From Lama glama (taxonomy: Eukaryota), in contig CM052850.1 of the NCBI GenBank assembly GCA_028534125.1, forward strand, positions 5,952,001 through 6,016,000: a stretch of DNA of 64,000 nucleotides, read 5' to 3'. The stretch's first letter is position 1; every line of letters begins with the position of its first letter. Shown here piece by piece: positions 14,270 through 26,720 of this stretch. Both the position numbers and the translations under genes were made by a program. Below the pieces are notes generated by a model, which was not told the origin of the DNA, searched no databases, and worked only from the letters and a program-made list of their open reading frames with translations.

Positions 14270-15500
14270 AGACGTCAGCAAAATCCTTTGTTGGGCTGCG
14301 AAATGTGCTTAAATGAAACCTTACTACCCAAACCCGTGTAAGTTACAAAATAACAATCACAGGGCTATTTTTCGTTAACTGTAATGATCAATACTGACGC
14401 GGTTTTTAGTTGGATCCGAATAGCATAATTCAAAACAGAGAAAAGTTAAAGTTATTATCAAAACGTGACGAGACCCAACCTTTTCTCTCTTGTGAAGAAA
14501 ATGTCTATTTAAAAGCTTAACTGATAATCCTAAATATTTCCAGTATGTGCGGAGAGAATTAATGGTTCTGTGAAAACCTTAAAGTTTGCCTTTCTTTCAT
14601 TTTGTATTTACACTTTTCTCACTCATATTGCCTCAAGGCAGAGCCTGCTGTTTATTTTTATATTTCACTTTTACTGGGTTCTGTTTTACAGGCAAAATAT
14701 AAGTCTTGAGAGAATGAGATGCAAAGGAAAACCGTTTTTGGTTTTTTTTTTTTTTGTATCCTTTTGACATTGTACGGATGAGAATTGGTAAATTCTCTTT
14801 CACACTGTGCCCAGTATAAATATACCATCAGCAAAATCGTGGGCTTACAGAAAACCAATACCTCAGCTAGGAACTTGGCAATTTAAAACTTTGAAAACCC
14901 TTTTGCTTTCCTTACTTTTCAATCACATCCCAAAATTTTTGAATTACTTTTCCCAAAGTGGTACTATTTCTTCCTTACATAGAATAATTGGATTTCCCTT
15001 CTGTAATCTTACATTATTGCTTTGAGGGTCAAACAATGTATTTTAACCTCCTGCATGATTCAAACTTGGCTGAAGAGATTTATTTCAAATTTTGCAAGAT
15101 GATTGACGTTTAAAACTACAAAAGTACACAAGGATACTCTTTTGCAAACTTTTGAACAAGTGAAAGCAAAATCATCAAATGAAAATTGATATGTGAATTT
15201 ATACCAGAAGTCAAGCAATTCTTTATTTATAAGCAAAGTGTTTACTCCATTGAAGATCAGGTTTTACTATGACTTTACATTAGATAGCTGGATCAGACTC
15301 TGTATGGATTTAAATTTCCATATTGTACTTTTTGCTCATTTGCTATGTGTTCTACATTTTTCTTCTTAAAGTATGCAGAAGGAGTTAATGGTGCATAGTA
15401 GAATTTTAATGTATTAACTACATATTTCATTTTGTAATTAAAGATGGCAGTGTTAATAGATTTCCTGTATGCATATGGGTTGGTTAAATATATTTTTCAC
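14270..15500 (-). mobile_element. Decayed hAT transposon internal fragment (transposase C-terminal region)
   Basis: AT-rich block. The minus strand at 14790-14810 encodes AQCEREF within TILLMVYLYWAQCEREFTN..NVKRIQK, resembling the hAT dimerization motif. Boundaries are guessed from composition. Confidence 0.45.
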
Positions 15501-15528
15501 AGCAAGCAGCCTTTCAAAAATGCTTCAG

Positions 15529-15575
15529 TTATATATATATATATATGATATATATATATCATGTATATATGATAA
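15529..15575. repeat. (TA)n-rich near-palindromic tract
   Basis: ttatatatatatatatatgatatatatatatcatgtatatatgataa. Confidence 0.85.
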
Positions 15576-17759
15576 CTCAGCTAGTGGGTACTGTTTTTCA
15601 TAGTTCTGCCTTCTTAGGCATAATTCACAATTGAAGAAAAAAATCATCTTTGAGTGTTTGTTTATCTGCCCTCAGAATTTTGTGAAGAGAACCCATTGAT
15701 CAGACCTGGGCGATGCTCAGGACCATTAGCCCCGGCTGGGTGGAACCCATTGGCCAGCGTCTGCAGGTTCCTGTGACCTTCAACTGCTGGCTTTTCAGGT
15801 GTCCCCAGGCTCCTCGTTTCTGGGAGCCCTAGGTGAGCCCAAGACACATAGTTTTCTTCCAATAAAAACAATGTAGAAGCAAGATTAAGGGCGTTCCATT
15901 CTGGGGAAGAAATACTTGGGGCTAAGTTGGTACAAAGCCTGCGGACCACCCCTATGGGGGCCTCTGGGAGTGCATTTCCAGGGCTGCAGGCAACTTTGTG
16001 CCGGAGGACCCGTGCTTGCTCTTACTTGAACATCTTTGCTCAAGTTCAGTTCAGCGGCCTAAGCGTCATGTATGACTTTGCTTGAAGCTGCCTCCATTTT
16101 GTTCCTAAAGCTCAGTCACTTCTGGGGCAGAGAGGAGCAGTTCCAAGCATGGTCGTTGCTAGGTGCCACCAAGACTGTCAGGTGCTTGTTAAGTGTGCAT
16201 GGGCCTAGGAGAGCGGGCTGGATGGTTTTTCTGTCAGCACCTTTTTTCTTCAACAAACCTGTTACAAAAACTTCATTAGCAAGTTCATTCATCAGAGTCA
16301 CTTTTGCATCTTTTTTGTCAATTAATATTATTATTTGTTTAGCTGAAGCGAGGATTCCCTAACTTATCAGGGCTAGTCCTTCTGATCTTTGAAAAACAAA
16401 TGGAGGCGTTTAGACAGGTCTTGTGTTATCACAAAGGACAGAACCTGAGTAATGAATTGGAAGGTACAAAAAAACAAGTCCTGACTGAGTCCAAGGAACT
16501 TTTCTGGCAATTAAGCCATCCGTCACAGGGCTGGACTGACTGACTGGTCACTGCTCAGCTGCCAAAGCCATCGCTGTGTTCTTGGCCTCCTAATTGGAAA
16601 ATGGTGGCTGGTTCCTAAGAGAGCAAGATCCCTGAAAACAAAACCCCTTTGCTTTTGGGTTTTCTCTGACAGACTGATGTGCGAAAAGTGAGGGATGCCA
16701 GGGTCCATTTCAGGGCTATTCCAAGTGCCAAGGGAACGTTGGCTTGCAGACCTCCCCCGCCTGGCACCATGATTTGTCTGTGCCTCTCTTGTCAAGATGC
16801 ATTAGGTGCAGGTACATGTGAATCCATTTTCAGTTGATCAGCTATCTGAGCTTGCTTGCTGCCCTCCCCTATCCCTGCAGAGTAAGAACTGGGGTTCAGT
16901 GGAAAGAAATGCTGTGTTTAGTCAGAAGGTGGGCTTCAGATCCTGGCTTTACCACTTCAGGTAATCTGCTGTCCTTTTGGAAAGCTTCATTACCTCGTGT
17001 GAAGTGAATGCATTGGTTAGGCTGTTTAAAGAATGGAGGTCTACCCAGGCCTTCTCTATGATGGAGTTTTACTATAGAAACTCACGTGGAGACAAGGGAG
17101 ACAGGAATCTTCTGATTTAAAGAAGTCCACAAGGAATTTCAGGAAGCCTGGAACTGGTGGGTTGTCTCGAATCCAGGCCCTCCTGTCTGCCCCTCAGCAC
17201 TGTGTGGTTTGGTGTTTGCACCCGTTTCTATGGTTCCTCGTGTCGCGAATGAACCACTCTGTCCCGTCTGCTCTGTAAATGTTACCCCCCGATGATGCTT
17301 TTATAAAATGTTTGTACTACCCATTTACTCATCCAGTCACTTCATTTATGATCCCGCCTGACTGCTCAGCTTTGCAGGGTTTCCAACTTTGTTCCTGTGG
17401 CTACCAGGTTCTCTACTTCCCCCCACCCCTTCATTCTACCTCAGGGAAACAAGCAGATGGACCCCACTGGTTTCCATAGTTCCTGTTTGTTCAGAGACCT
17501 TCCTAGCAAATTATCCCATGGGTGGGTGTGACCTTAACCAACCTTCTTCTGTTGATTATAGTTATGGGCAGGTGACTGATGTGCCACCGATAGTGGCCAC
17601 TCCTGCTCTGGACACAGCTTGGAACCGCTTCCTTTAGCAGAGGCTGAGAAGCCGTGAGTCCCTGATTTACTTGTTCAATAGAGTGGGCATACTAATCTAA
17701 CTTGTAGAGACGTTAGGAGGATCAAAAGATTTAATCATAATCATCATATCACAATCTTA

Positions 17760-17980
17760 TTTTGTACTTACTCTGTGCGAACCATCTACGTACTTTGAAT
17801 ATATAGTAGCTTATTTTTTATTTTCACCACAACACCATGAGGAAGGGTTTGTTATTATCTCATTTTACAGATGAAGGGACTGAGAGCCAGGCAAGCTAAG
17901 TAACTCACCTAAAGTCGAACAACCCTAACGTTGCAGAGCCAGGACCTGAGTTGAGACGATTGTCAGAACCTAGACTGTGC
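17760..17980 (-). mobile_element. MIR (reverse), full core
   Basis: CACAACACCATGAGGAAGG...ATTATCTCATTTTACAGATGAAGGGACTGAGAGCCAGG...TAAGTAACTCACCTAAAGTC. Confidence 0.7.
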
Positions 17981-18984
17981 ACTAGGAAGCACCCAGTTCG
18001 TACCCTGGCCCATCGTGAGTGCCCACGATGTGTCTCTTGCAGGTCCTTGTACCAACTTTTGTTGTTTGTCAACTTTTCTTGCTGAGACTCCTCTGACACC
18101 TGTTTCCAGTGTTACTTCAAAGCCAAGAACTCCGTGAGCACCAGGTCCCACAACCAAGGTGGGATACAGCTCTGTCTTTCTGTGGCTACACCAGTCAGCT
18201 CACCCCAAAAGCTCAGAGTCTGTTCAGCTCGGCTGGCCCCACCTGCTCACCTTGGCTTCAGCCCCTCTGCCTCACAGCTGGCAGCGGGTTTATTGGCAGA
18301 GAAAGGAGCGGGGAAGTTGGGGACTTCCAACTCTGAAATTGTGAAAGTCATGTAACCATGAACTCAGGCTTCTTTGTATATACTTTCACACTTTGGCAGT
18401 AAACTTTTAGAAACTAAAAAAGCATTTTAAAGCATTATTGACCTATCATTGATTTAAAAGTATCATCTACTCATTCATTCATTTATATATTGATTCTTTC
18501 ATTTAGCAATATCCGTCAGGCTTCAGGTATTTTTTAACTACTAAGGAGATGGAAAATTGATATGACAAGATTCAGCTTTCAAGGAATACTCAGTCATATT
18601 ATTAATACTTAACATTTGAGGATGGCCTTTGGCAGAACCGAGTGCCAAGTGGTTCCCCGTTCCGTTCCAATCTTTATTTCCTCTTTACAATTCTGTTCTC
18701 TTTCCTGAAGCTCATGGAGGCCTCAAGTTACCCCCATTTCTCCAGACAGCAAGGAAAATAGCTAAGAGGCCAAATTTTCACAAGGATAATAATGTCTTTT
18801 AACAACATGATGTAATATTCTGTTCAGCAATTTAGCTCACTTGACATAGAAGCCAACGATTTACTTTTAAGTACTTAGTTCCCCAAATCCCTGAAGATCT
18901 TTTTGAAAGCGGGAGTCATAATCTCTGCAGGGTTTAAATCAATATTAAGAGCTGGTAATATTCATAGTAATGAAGCTACCCATT

Positions 18985-19185
18985 CACCCACTATGTCTCA
19001 GGCAATACATGGGATTATTTTCATGAATAATATCAATCAATTTCCTTAGCATCTTTGTGAAACAGATACTCATTTCCCTATTTTTCAGATGTGAACACTG
19101 AGACTTAGGGAAAGTAAATCACACACCCAAGGTCACACAGGTGGAGCCAGGATTCAAGGCAAGTCTGCATCTGACTTCAGACTTC
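18985..19185 (-). mobile_element. MIR (reverse)
   Basis: CCTATTTTTCAGATGTGAACACTGAGACTTAGGGAAAGTAAAT...CCCAAGGTCACACAG...GAGCCAGGATTCAA. Confidence 0.7.
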
Positions 19186-19519
19186 ATTCTGTTATGAGAC
19201 TACAGCTTGGTGGCGCGAGGGTCAGCTGGCTTCTCCAGTTTTGCAGGCTGTAGAGTACATTTGCTTCTTTTAGCTAGCACAGCAGAAACCCTCCACTTGA
19301 CAAAGATTAGGAAGGCACAGAGAGAACTGGGCAAGATATCGTCATGGTGGAGTCTCTGAGCCACATCAAAAAATGAGGACTTAGGTTGAGCAACAAGAGC
19401 AAGCATCTCTTGGGGTTGCATTTGAGCAAAGCTCACTGAGAAGCCGAGAAGCCAGTGAAGACAGTAAGTTCTGTGGGGCAGAACTTTAATTGTGTGGTCT
19501 AGCTATGGTAGCTTTTGGT

Positions 19520-19752
19520 AGTGGCTTTGCTATCAGAGAAACCAAGTTAAATCCTCATTCTGCCACTGAGCTAGATTTTCTGGTGTCCTTGGAAAAATTG
19601 CTTAATGTCTCTCAACTCTCTTTCTTTATCTATAAAATGGGAATGATAATAGACTTTACCTGAGAAGGCTGCTTTGATGATTAAATGAGGTGATTCTTAT
19701 TAAGCACTTACTACAAAGCCTGGCCCATGGGAGGTGCCCAGTAAATATTACC
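19520..19752 (+). mobile_element. MIR
   Basis: AAATCCTCATTCTGCCACT...CCTTGGAAAAATTGCTTAA...TTTCTTTATCTATAAAATGGGAATGATAATAG...GATTAAATGAGGT...AAGCACTTA. Confidence 0.7.
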
Positions 19753-20494
19753 TATAGGTAAACTCCTGGGGTGCTATGCAAGCTGGCTGTAACAATTTCT
19801 GCATGCAATGTATCACCCAGGGGCCCGGTACCTTAGGAAACCAGGAAGGCAGGTAGGATCATAGCAACCTCTTACAGGAGTCCTAGAGGAGTTTTGCTCA
19901 GAGAAAAGACCGAGGCAATTAGGGCCACCAGGGCCACAGAACGGGCCCATTACAAAGCTGGGCTGTGGCCGTGTGCATCCAGGGCATTGTTAAGTCACGT
20001 CTGTTTCATTGTTTACAGGGTTTCCTAGCAGCTGTCTTACAGTTTAGGATGATAATCTCAGCTCCAGACTTCCTGGAAGAACTTCACTAATTTATTTATT
20101 TATTTTTTGATCAGACCAAATGATGTCATTGTGGGAATTCCTTCTCTGCCCAGATATCCATACATACAAAGACTGTTGTTACATGCACAACAGGGAAAAC
20201 AAGGCATATAATGATGGGTGATGTTCGGGGTCAGTATTGGTGGAAAAATTAAGAGATCCCTATTCCTAATGCCATTTTCTTTGCGTCAGATCATGCTCCC
20301 TTCTCTCGCCTTCTGCCCCTCCCTAAAGCTTTGAGATTCTCTCACAGACCTGAAGTTTGCCCTTAAGTATGACCTCAGACCCACACCCATGAGCCCTGGT
20401 TGGAAACAGTCTAGATTTAGGTACAGGAGGTACAGCCAGCTAGCCCACAGAGAGAGCCCTAGCACGGCTAATGGAAGGAAATTAGGCCAAGGAT

Positions 20495-20696
20495 GTGTAA
20501 ATGGCCAAATGGTAAATGTTTTCAGCTTTCCAGGCCTTAAGCTCTTTTGCAACTACCTAACTTTTGCCATAATAGTGCCAAAGTAAACACATACAGGATA
20601 TAAATTAATGGATGTGGCTGTGTTCCAATAAAACTTTATTTATAAAAATAGGCAGCGGGCCACATGTGGCCTACAGGCCATAGTTTGCTGACCCCA
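20495..20696 (+). mobile_element. MER58A-like hAT-Charlie element
   Basis: GGCCAAATGGTAAATGTTTTCAGCTTT...GGATGTGGCTGTGTTCCAATAAAACTTTATTTATAAAAATAGGCAGCGGGCC...GGCCATAGTTTGCTGACCCC. Confidence 0.8.
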
Positions 20697-23600
20697 ATCT
20701 AGTACATTCTCCTCATTTTGTCCACAGAACCCAAACAGAGACTAGACTCTAACTAGTAGACATGATAGGGTCTTATTTGTGGTATAAAAGGAAATAGATT
20801 CTGGTTTTTGTCAGATTCCCGTGGATTGGTTGTAATTGTCACTTAAGGGAGGCTGTGATAAAGATTGTTCTTGCTACAGTTCAGAGCACGTGGTACTCAC
20901 AAATTCAGGTGACATGCACTCACATTAGCCTCTCCTAAGAGGTACTGATGGGTTCAGTGAAGACAGAAGTTGACAAAAACAAAAACAGACTTGACAAAAG
21001 AAGTATGAACAGGACGCAGATAAGCAAACATGCCATCTTTTCTTCCCTGTGTCTCCTGCTTGGTTTCGACTTTGCCACACACAGTAGACTTTTATGAGAT
21101 GCTTGTTTATGTTAGAATATCCCCTTAAAGCGAAATAACCTGATATAAATGTACATGCATGCGTGGAAGTAGAATTGTGCTTCCAGACACGTCACGTTAA
21201 AGTTGGCTTGTGTGGGGCTGACAAGTAAGGTCTTTAAAAGTTGGTGGTGCCTCTCTGCCTTGCCGAGGAGGCGGAGGGAGGACAAAGCATTTTAAGGCCT
21301 CATCTCATAAAATAAGTTGTGACTCCCTCAAGTATCTCCTAAAGCTCATTTAAAGTCTTGCCTATGTGAGACACTGACGTCAGTAGCCCTCCTTAACATT
21401 GCATAGGGCTCGCCATGGAGGTCAGGAGCCTCTTGATACTGCCCTGCCATTGAAGATTCTCCTGGTACCTCCGTCACTGCTGCTGACATCCGTGAATAGC
21501 AGCAGAGATGAGTCAAGTAGCCTTCTAACTGGGATGAATCAGATGCTCAGTTTATCGATACACTGGATCATGGCTGACAGCAGCGGGTGCTTCATGGAGC
21601 AGTGTCTGAGACCTTCTGGGCTCTGGCTCCCAATCCCAAAGTTCACTTAAGGTGAACTTGAGGTGAGTTCTGCTGCTCCAACAGCATAAAGGGCTGTATG
21701 AGATCCCTATGGGAGAGACGACACCAAGTGTTTATTAAAAACATTCTTGTTTCCTGCCTTCCTATATCTTGTCTGAGGAAGACATTGGAAAGCTTTGGGA
21801 CTAAGACACACATGCAGTTTGGATTTATGAGTGAACATGTCAGAATCTGGCAGTGATGGGCCGTAGACACATTGTTATGGAGTGAGGTAAGTTGCCACAC
21901 AGAACAAACTCAGAAGCGCTCTGCATCCCAGCAGTGACATTAAAGCAGCTCTCATTTATTCTGTCTTTGTTCCCTAAGTTTCACGGAGTGTATACATCCA
22001 GGTCACCATCCTTAGGCTTTCAGCTGGCTGTGTCAGTCCGCAGCCCCACTCGTCTCAGTGCTCTGCTGAGCACGCAGCCTCGGCATCGAAGGCCTCCATC
22101 CTCTCAGGGCACCATCGCCTTCCTTGGACTCCATCTGGAGTTGGGATGGGGCAGCACCCACGTGTCCAGCCAGGGCTCTGCTCAGAGCATCCATGGCAGA
22201 GTGATGCAGGCCGAGAGCCCAGCTGTACCCATCCAGACCGCATCCCCCCTCACTCTCCCCAGCAGTGATTAAAGCTCTGCTGAGATGACGAGCCGCCTAA
22301 TGGTGGATGAGACCACTGAATTAGACGTCAGGAGGCATTCATTAAAGTCCTTTTCCCCACGAAAGCCTGTGAAAACTCAGGCAAGCTCCTTCACCTTCCT
22401 GAACCTCAATTTTCTTATCTGTAAATGAATGTTTTTCAAAACCTTGGGCATTTAGGATTCGGGGTGTTTTTTTTTTTGCCAAAGTTTTATACAATCTGTG
22501 TTAGTTTATCTGAATATGTTTATTTAAATTGATTGTCTTTTTCAGTTTGAACTTATTTTAATCTTATCTTAGATGAAAATGCCAACAGAATCATGGGTTT
22601 GAAGTGATAGTTAATTATTTCAACATAGGTTAGGGAAAATAATATTTTATAAAATAAATAAAATAAAAATGTTTCCCACTTTTGCCAGCCATGGCATGCC
22701 ACCGGCCAGGGCACTAGATGGGCTGTGGGTGCTCCCCTGAGAATCCCAGGCTAGGTGGCCTTCAAGTCCCCCCCACCCCCCGGCTCTCACATCTCAGGTA
22801 TATGAGAGTGAAGGGCATGTGAGACACCTGCCATCCCTGCTTAGAACTCACTTCAGAGCAATATATGAAGAACCTCTATTTTATCCCCTGCAGCAACTGT
22901 GGCTCTTCTTTTTCCATTTATGAGCATGAGATGACTGTCTGTGGGGAAAATGAAAGGCGTCAGTGCCTTCTGTTGGTCTGATGGGAGCAGTGCTGCCCTG
23001 GTAGGGAGCTATCCCTTCCCACAGTGCTGATACATTGAAAGGAGTTTGGTGGCTGTGAGCCCTTTCCTGTGGCCCCCTAGGATCTCTCTGCAGACATCCT
23101 GGGATTTTGCTGTACTGCAGGCTCAGGGCCCCTTGTGCTCAGCCAGCTCTGCATCTCACAGTCCCCAGGGAGCCCCCCTAGACGTGCCCCCACCTTTCCT
23201 GGGAGGAGGTGCTCCAGAATGGAGTGGCGCTGGGACCACATGAGGGACCAGTTCACCGGAAGGGCCTGCGGCCTCCTGCTTGGGGGACCTGGTATGGGGA
23301 AATGTCCCACAGAAAGCTCCGGAATCACCTCTGGAGAACTTCGGTGCTCTGAGAAGAGGATATTTATCCTCCTATCTACAAAAGACTAATGTGAAGCCAG
23401 AGGCAGAATGATTCCTGGCATGCACAGGCAAGCCAGTGGCTTTATGTTTTCCCCTCACTGGACAGCCTCAGTTGCCCTGTGTGCTCTGTCCTCAGGACAG
23501 GAGTTGTATCTTAGGAGGAAGGAAAATTCCTGACAGGGTAGTGGACGCTGCCTTGTTGACTAACAGTGCTGGGGCTTCCCGGGCACTTCCCAGACTCCCC

Positions 23601-24229
23601 TTCCAGGTGGGCCCCGCTGGTTCCCAGCACAGCCTCTGCATGGGGACAAGGACAAGGCGATTCTGGATTCCCATCTGGAAGGCAGGTCCTCTCTGAGACA
23701 CTGGAGACTCAGCTGCCTTCCTCTTCCCTGCTTCCTCCTCTCCATGCTCTTTGTGAGTTCCTTTGCCTCTTTGATCGAGCTTAGATCTGATGTTCATTTT
23801 CACCTGGTTTTATCTAACAAAAAAAAGTTAGAGTGGGAAGTGGGCCATGTAACTATTTCTGTGTGATACTGTGAGCACATTCAAAGGGCTGTTTCTGCAT
23901 CCAGACTTTATTCACCTGCATTTGTGCTAAAGGCTGCCTTACCCAGATAATACCGTCCCAGGTCACTAGGGTTGCAGAGAAAGAACAGCCAAAAGGAGAA
24001 AGACAGTTATTTCACTTGAGAGAATCATCTGCACAAATAGTGCATTTTATTTCCTGGGAACAGAAGGATCTCAGTCTTCCTATTCATTCTTATTGCCCAA
24101 GATTCCACTTTCTGCAGCCTCCCTTTCAGTGTCCCTGTACCTGCTATGGCCATGGCATCGTCCCCTTGTGGCCTCCACTCCCCGCCCTGTGTGTGTGTTT
24201 AAATCCGACCTCTCTTTCAGGTCCTGCCT

Positions 24230-25160
24230 CAAACATCTCCACCTGACCGCCTTCTCCGACCTCTCAACCAGAGACCATGCCTTCTTCTTGGTTTCCTATG
24301 GCCGAGCCAACAGGAAAGCGTCCTCTGAGCCTCTCTCATGGGCGGTATCTATTGCCATCCAGCATGTTAGTATTTTGATGAGTCTTTCCTTCTCTACTAG
24401 GCTTCTAAATGGCCGGATCTGGTCTGAGTCTGATTCATCTTTATGTTTCTTACAGCTACCAGCACAACGCTTCACACAAGAAACATCCCCAGTTGGTGTT
24501 TGTGGAATGAATATTATTTGTTTGGATCATGTGTTTTCCCCCTTGGTCCTTACATCTATCTCCATCTCCAGCCCCGGCTTCTCTCCCTCAAGCTTCTGAT
24601 GTACAGATCTATCTGTCTGGATGTCCCACGTGCATTCTGAACAACACGGCTCACGTGAAATGCATCATCCATCTTCCCCGCCACCCTCCCCACCTCTTGT
24701 GTTCTCTGCCTCTCTTGGGGCAGGGACCGCCAACATGGTCACCCAGGCTAGAGCCCCTCCCCCCGCCTTATTCATTCAGTCCAGCACCAAGCTCTGTCCC
24801 TTTTATTTTCTAGATGTTTCTAGAATTTCCCTCTTCTTTCCCTCCCCACTACCACTGCTGATACAGGCCCCCATCACCTCTCACCTGGCTGCTGCAAGGG
24901 TTTTCCCCCTGTTCACGCTGCTGCCTCCTGACTCAGTCCCCACAGAACTTCCCTCTCACTGCCACCGGAGTGTTCCTGGTAAAATGCAGCTTCGACAGTG
25001 TCCCCATCCTGGTGAAACGCCTCGAGTAGCCCCTCCTCTCTGCAGGGTAAATTCTGAGATGTTGACCCTCTCGTGACCTGAAGCTCCTCTCCTACCACTC
25101 CTTGGTTTCTGCTGTCCGTTCTAGCCACACTGACTGGCTCAGTCATCTTTGCTGGCCCTC
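24230..25160 (+). mobile_element. L2 fragments
   Basis: Pyrimidine-rich: ATCTGTCTGGATGTCCCAC...AAGCTCTGTCCCTTTTATTTTCTAGATGTTTCTAGAAT...CCATCACCTCTCACCTGG...GTTCTAGCCACACTG. Confidence 0.55.
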
Positions 25161-26584
25161 CCTGACAGATGAATACATCTGTGATTTCACTAGTGCTGTA
25201 TTTCGGCATAAAACGTCTTTTGTCTCCTCTGAGCAGGGTCGCTTCTAATGACTCTCTTTAAACTTTGCCCCTTGACTTCCCCCCAGAGACGCCCCTGAGC
25301 GCCCTTCCCTGGGGGCAGGCTGGACAGGGCAGCCCCCGGTGCAATTTTCCTGCTCTCATTCCCTGTGCAGGAGGCTGCCTCCCCTCGCGCGTCTCCTCGC
25401 TAGGCCAGATTATGCATCTCTGTATCCCAGCCGAGGGCCTGGCCAAACGGACAATCCCGGGAGGAAGGCTGGGCAAGTCTGATGCCATGAAAGCTGAGGC
25501 ACAGAGGGGCCAGAGGGTGGGTTGTTGGGACTTGGGGCCAAGTGCTCAGTCAGTGCCCCTTCCTCTGTGTCACACACCTTTGGTTCTGCTCAGATCTCCT
25601 CTGGTTGCTGGAGCGCCTTTCTCTCCACTAACCCCCACCCCTCACCTTTCTTCCTCCTTTCACAAGTCATAGAGGAGGAACTTAGGGAAGACTGTCACAC
25701 ACACCAGGGCCAGCGAGGTCACAAGGCCATCTCTCTCTATGCATCTGATTAAATTTTTGTTTTAATTAACACTAAGCAAAATGACTGTGAAAGATTTTCA
25801 GAGTGAGAGCTTCAGTTGTGACCATTACATGGCAAGGAATAAGGATCAAGGTGGTAGAACCTGCTGTTGTACAAGGACGAGGCCCCTCCCGGGACCTGAA
25901 GACCAGACGGTCCCTGACTCAGTCTTCTGAACAAGGCAGGGCTCTCAGAAAAAGAAAAAAAAATCTTTTTTTTTTTCCTGTCCTCAGTGGCTACGTTGAC
26001 ACCTCTGTAGTTCACAGCCACAGTGCCTTGACCCCATCAGTTGTAAAATGTGGCAGGTGAATTTGATACTAATAATGGGTAAACTGCTGAAATTTGTGAC
26101 CAGTTTGCTTCTTTCCATTAGAGTGGAGTCAGTGTTATAAATGACCTGTAATAAGGTCATTCTCACTCAATGGAGAGAGGAAAAAAAACGGAGTCACAGC
26201 TGGAACTGGGGAGTACATCAAATGCTCGGTGTGCCTGTGGGGTCGACCAGGTTGTAGCCCACATTTGTCACGGTGTGGTGGCAGAGAAAACTGTTGAAAA
26301 TTGTTGGCTCTGACGGTGTTTATCCCTCTTGCTAAGCCAAATTTAATTTTTCCAACTACAGAATGGGGTGAAAAAGAACTTCTCCATCTTACCTGCAGTC
26401 ACTCTGCAGAAATAGAAATGCAGTTATATATATATATACGCATCAGTACATATATGCATATGTTAATAAAAACAAAAAAATTAAAGCTTTAGTTTCTAAG
26501 AAGAGGGACTTTTTTTTTTGTAAAGCACATAGTATAGCTCTTCCTAGAATTAGGTGCTAAATAGATGTTTTAAAATATGATGAT

Positions 26585-26720
26585 GGGGGAGGGGGAGGGT
26601 ATAGCTCAAAGGGCAGAGAGCACGAGGTCCTGGGTTCAATCCCCAGAACCTCCATTAAAAAAAATTATTAAATAAATAAACCTAATTACTCCCCCCCCCA
26701 AAAAAAACCATAAAAATAAA
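26585..26720 (+). mobile_element. tRNA-Ala-derived SINE (camelid Vic-1-like), internally deleted
   Basis: GGGTATAGCTCAA A-box region, GGTCCTGGGTTCAATCCCCAG B-box region, then AT-rich linker, CCTAATTACTCCCCC and A-rich tail. The anticodon arm is missing relative to the 46 kb copy. Confidence 0.8.

Noticed and set aside
16943-16966. Another YAG|GT junction (ccacttcag|gtaatc)
   Set aside because: Weaker donor and pyrimidine tract, inside MIR-like sequence; much less convincing than 34254.
24093-25672. Several 135-168 aa plus-strand ORFs
   Set aside because: They lie in pyrimidine-rich L2 remnants or GC-rich intron and translate to low-complexity S/P/L-rich peptides.
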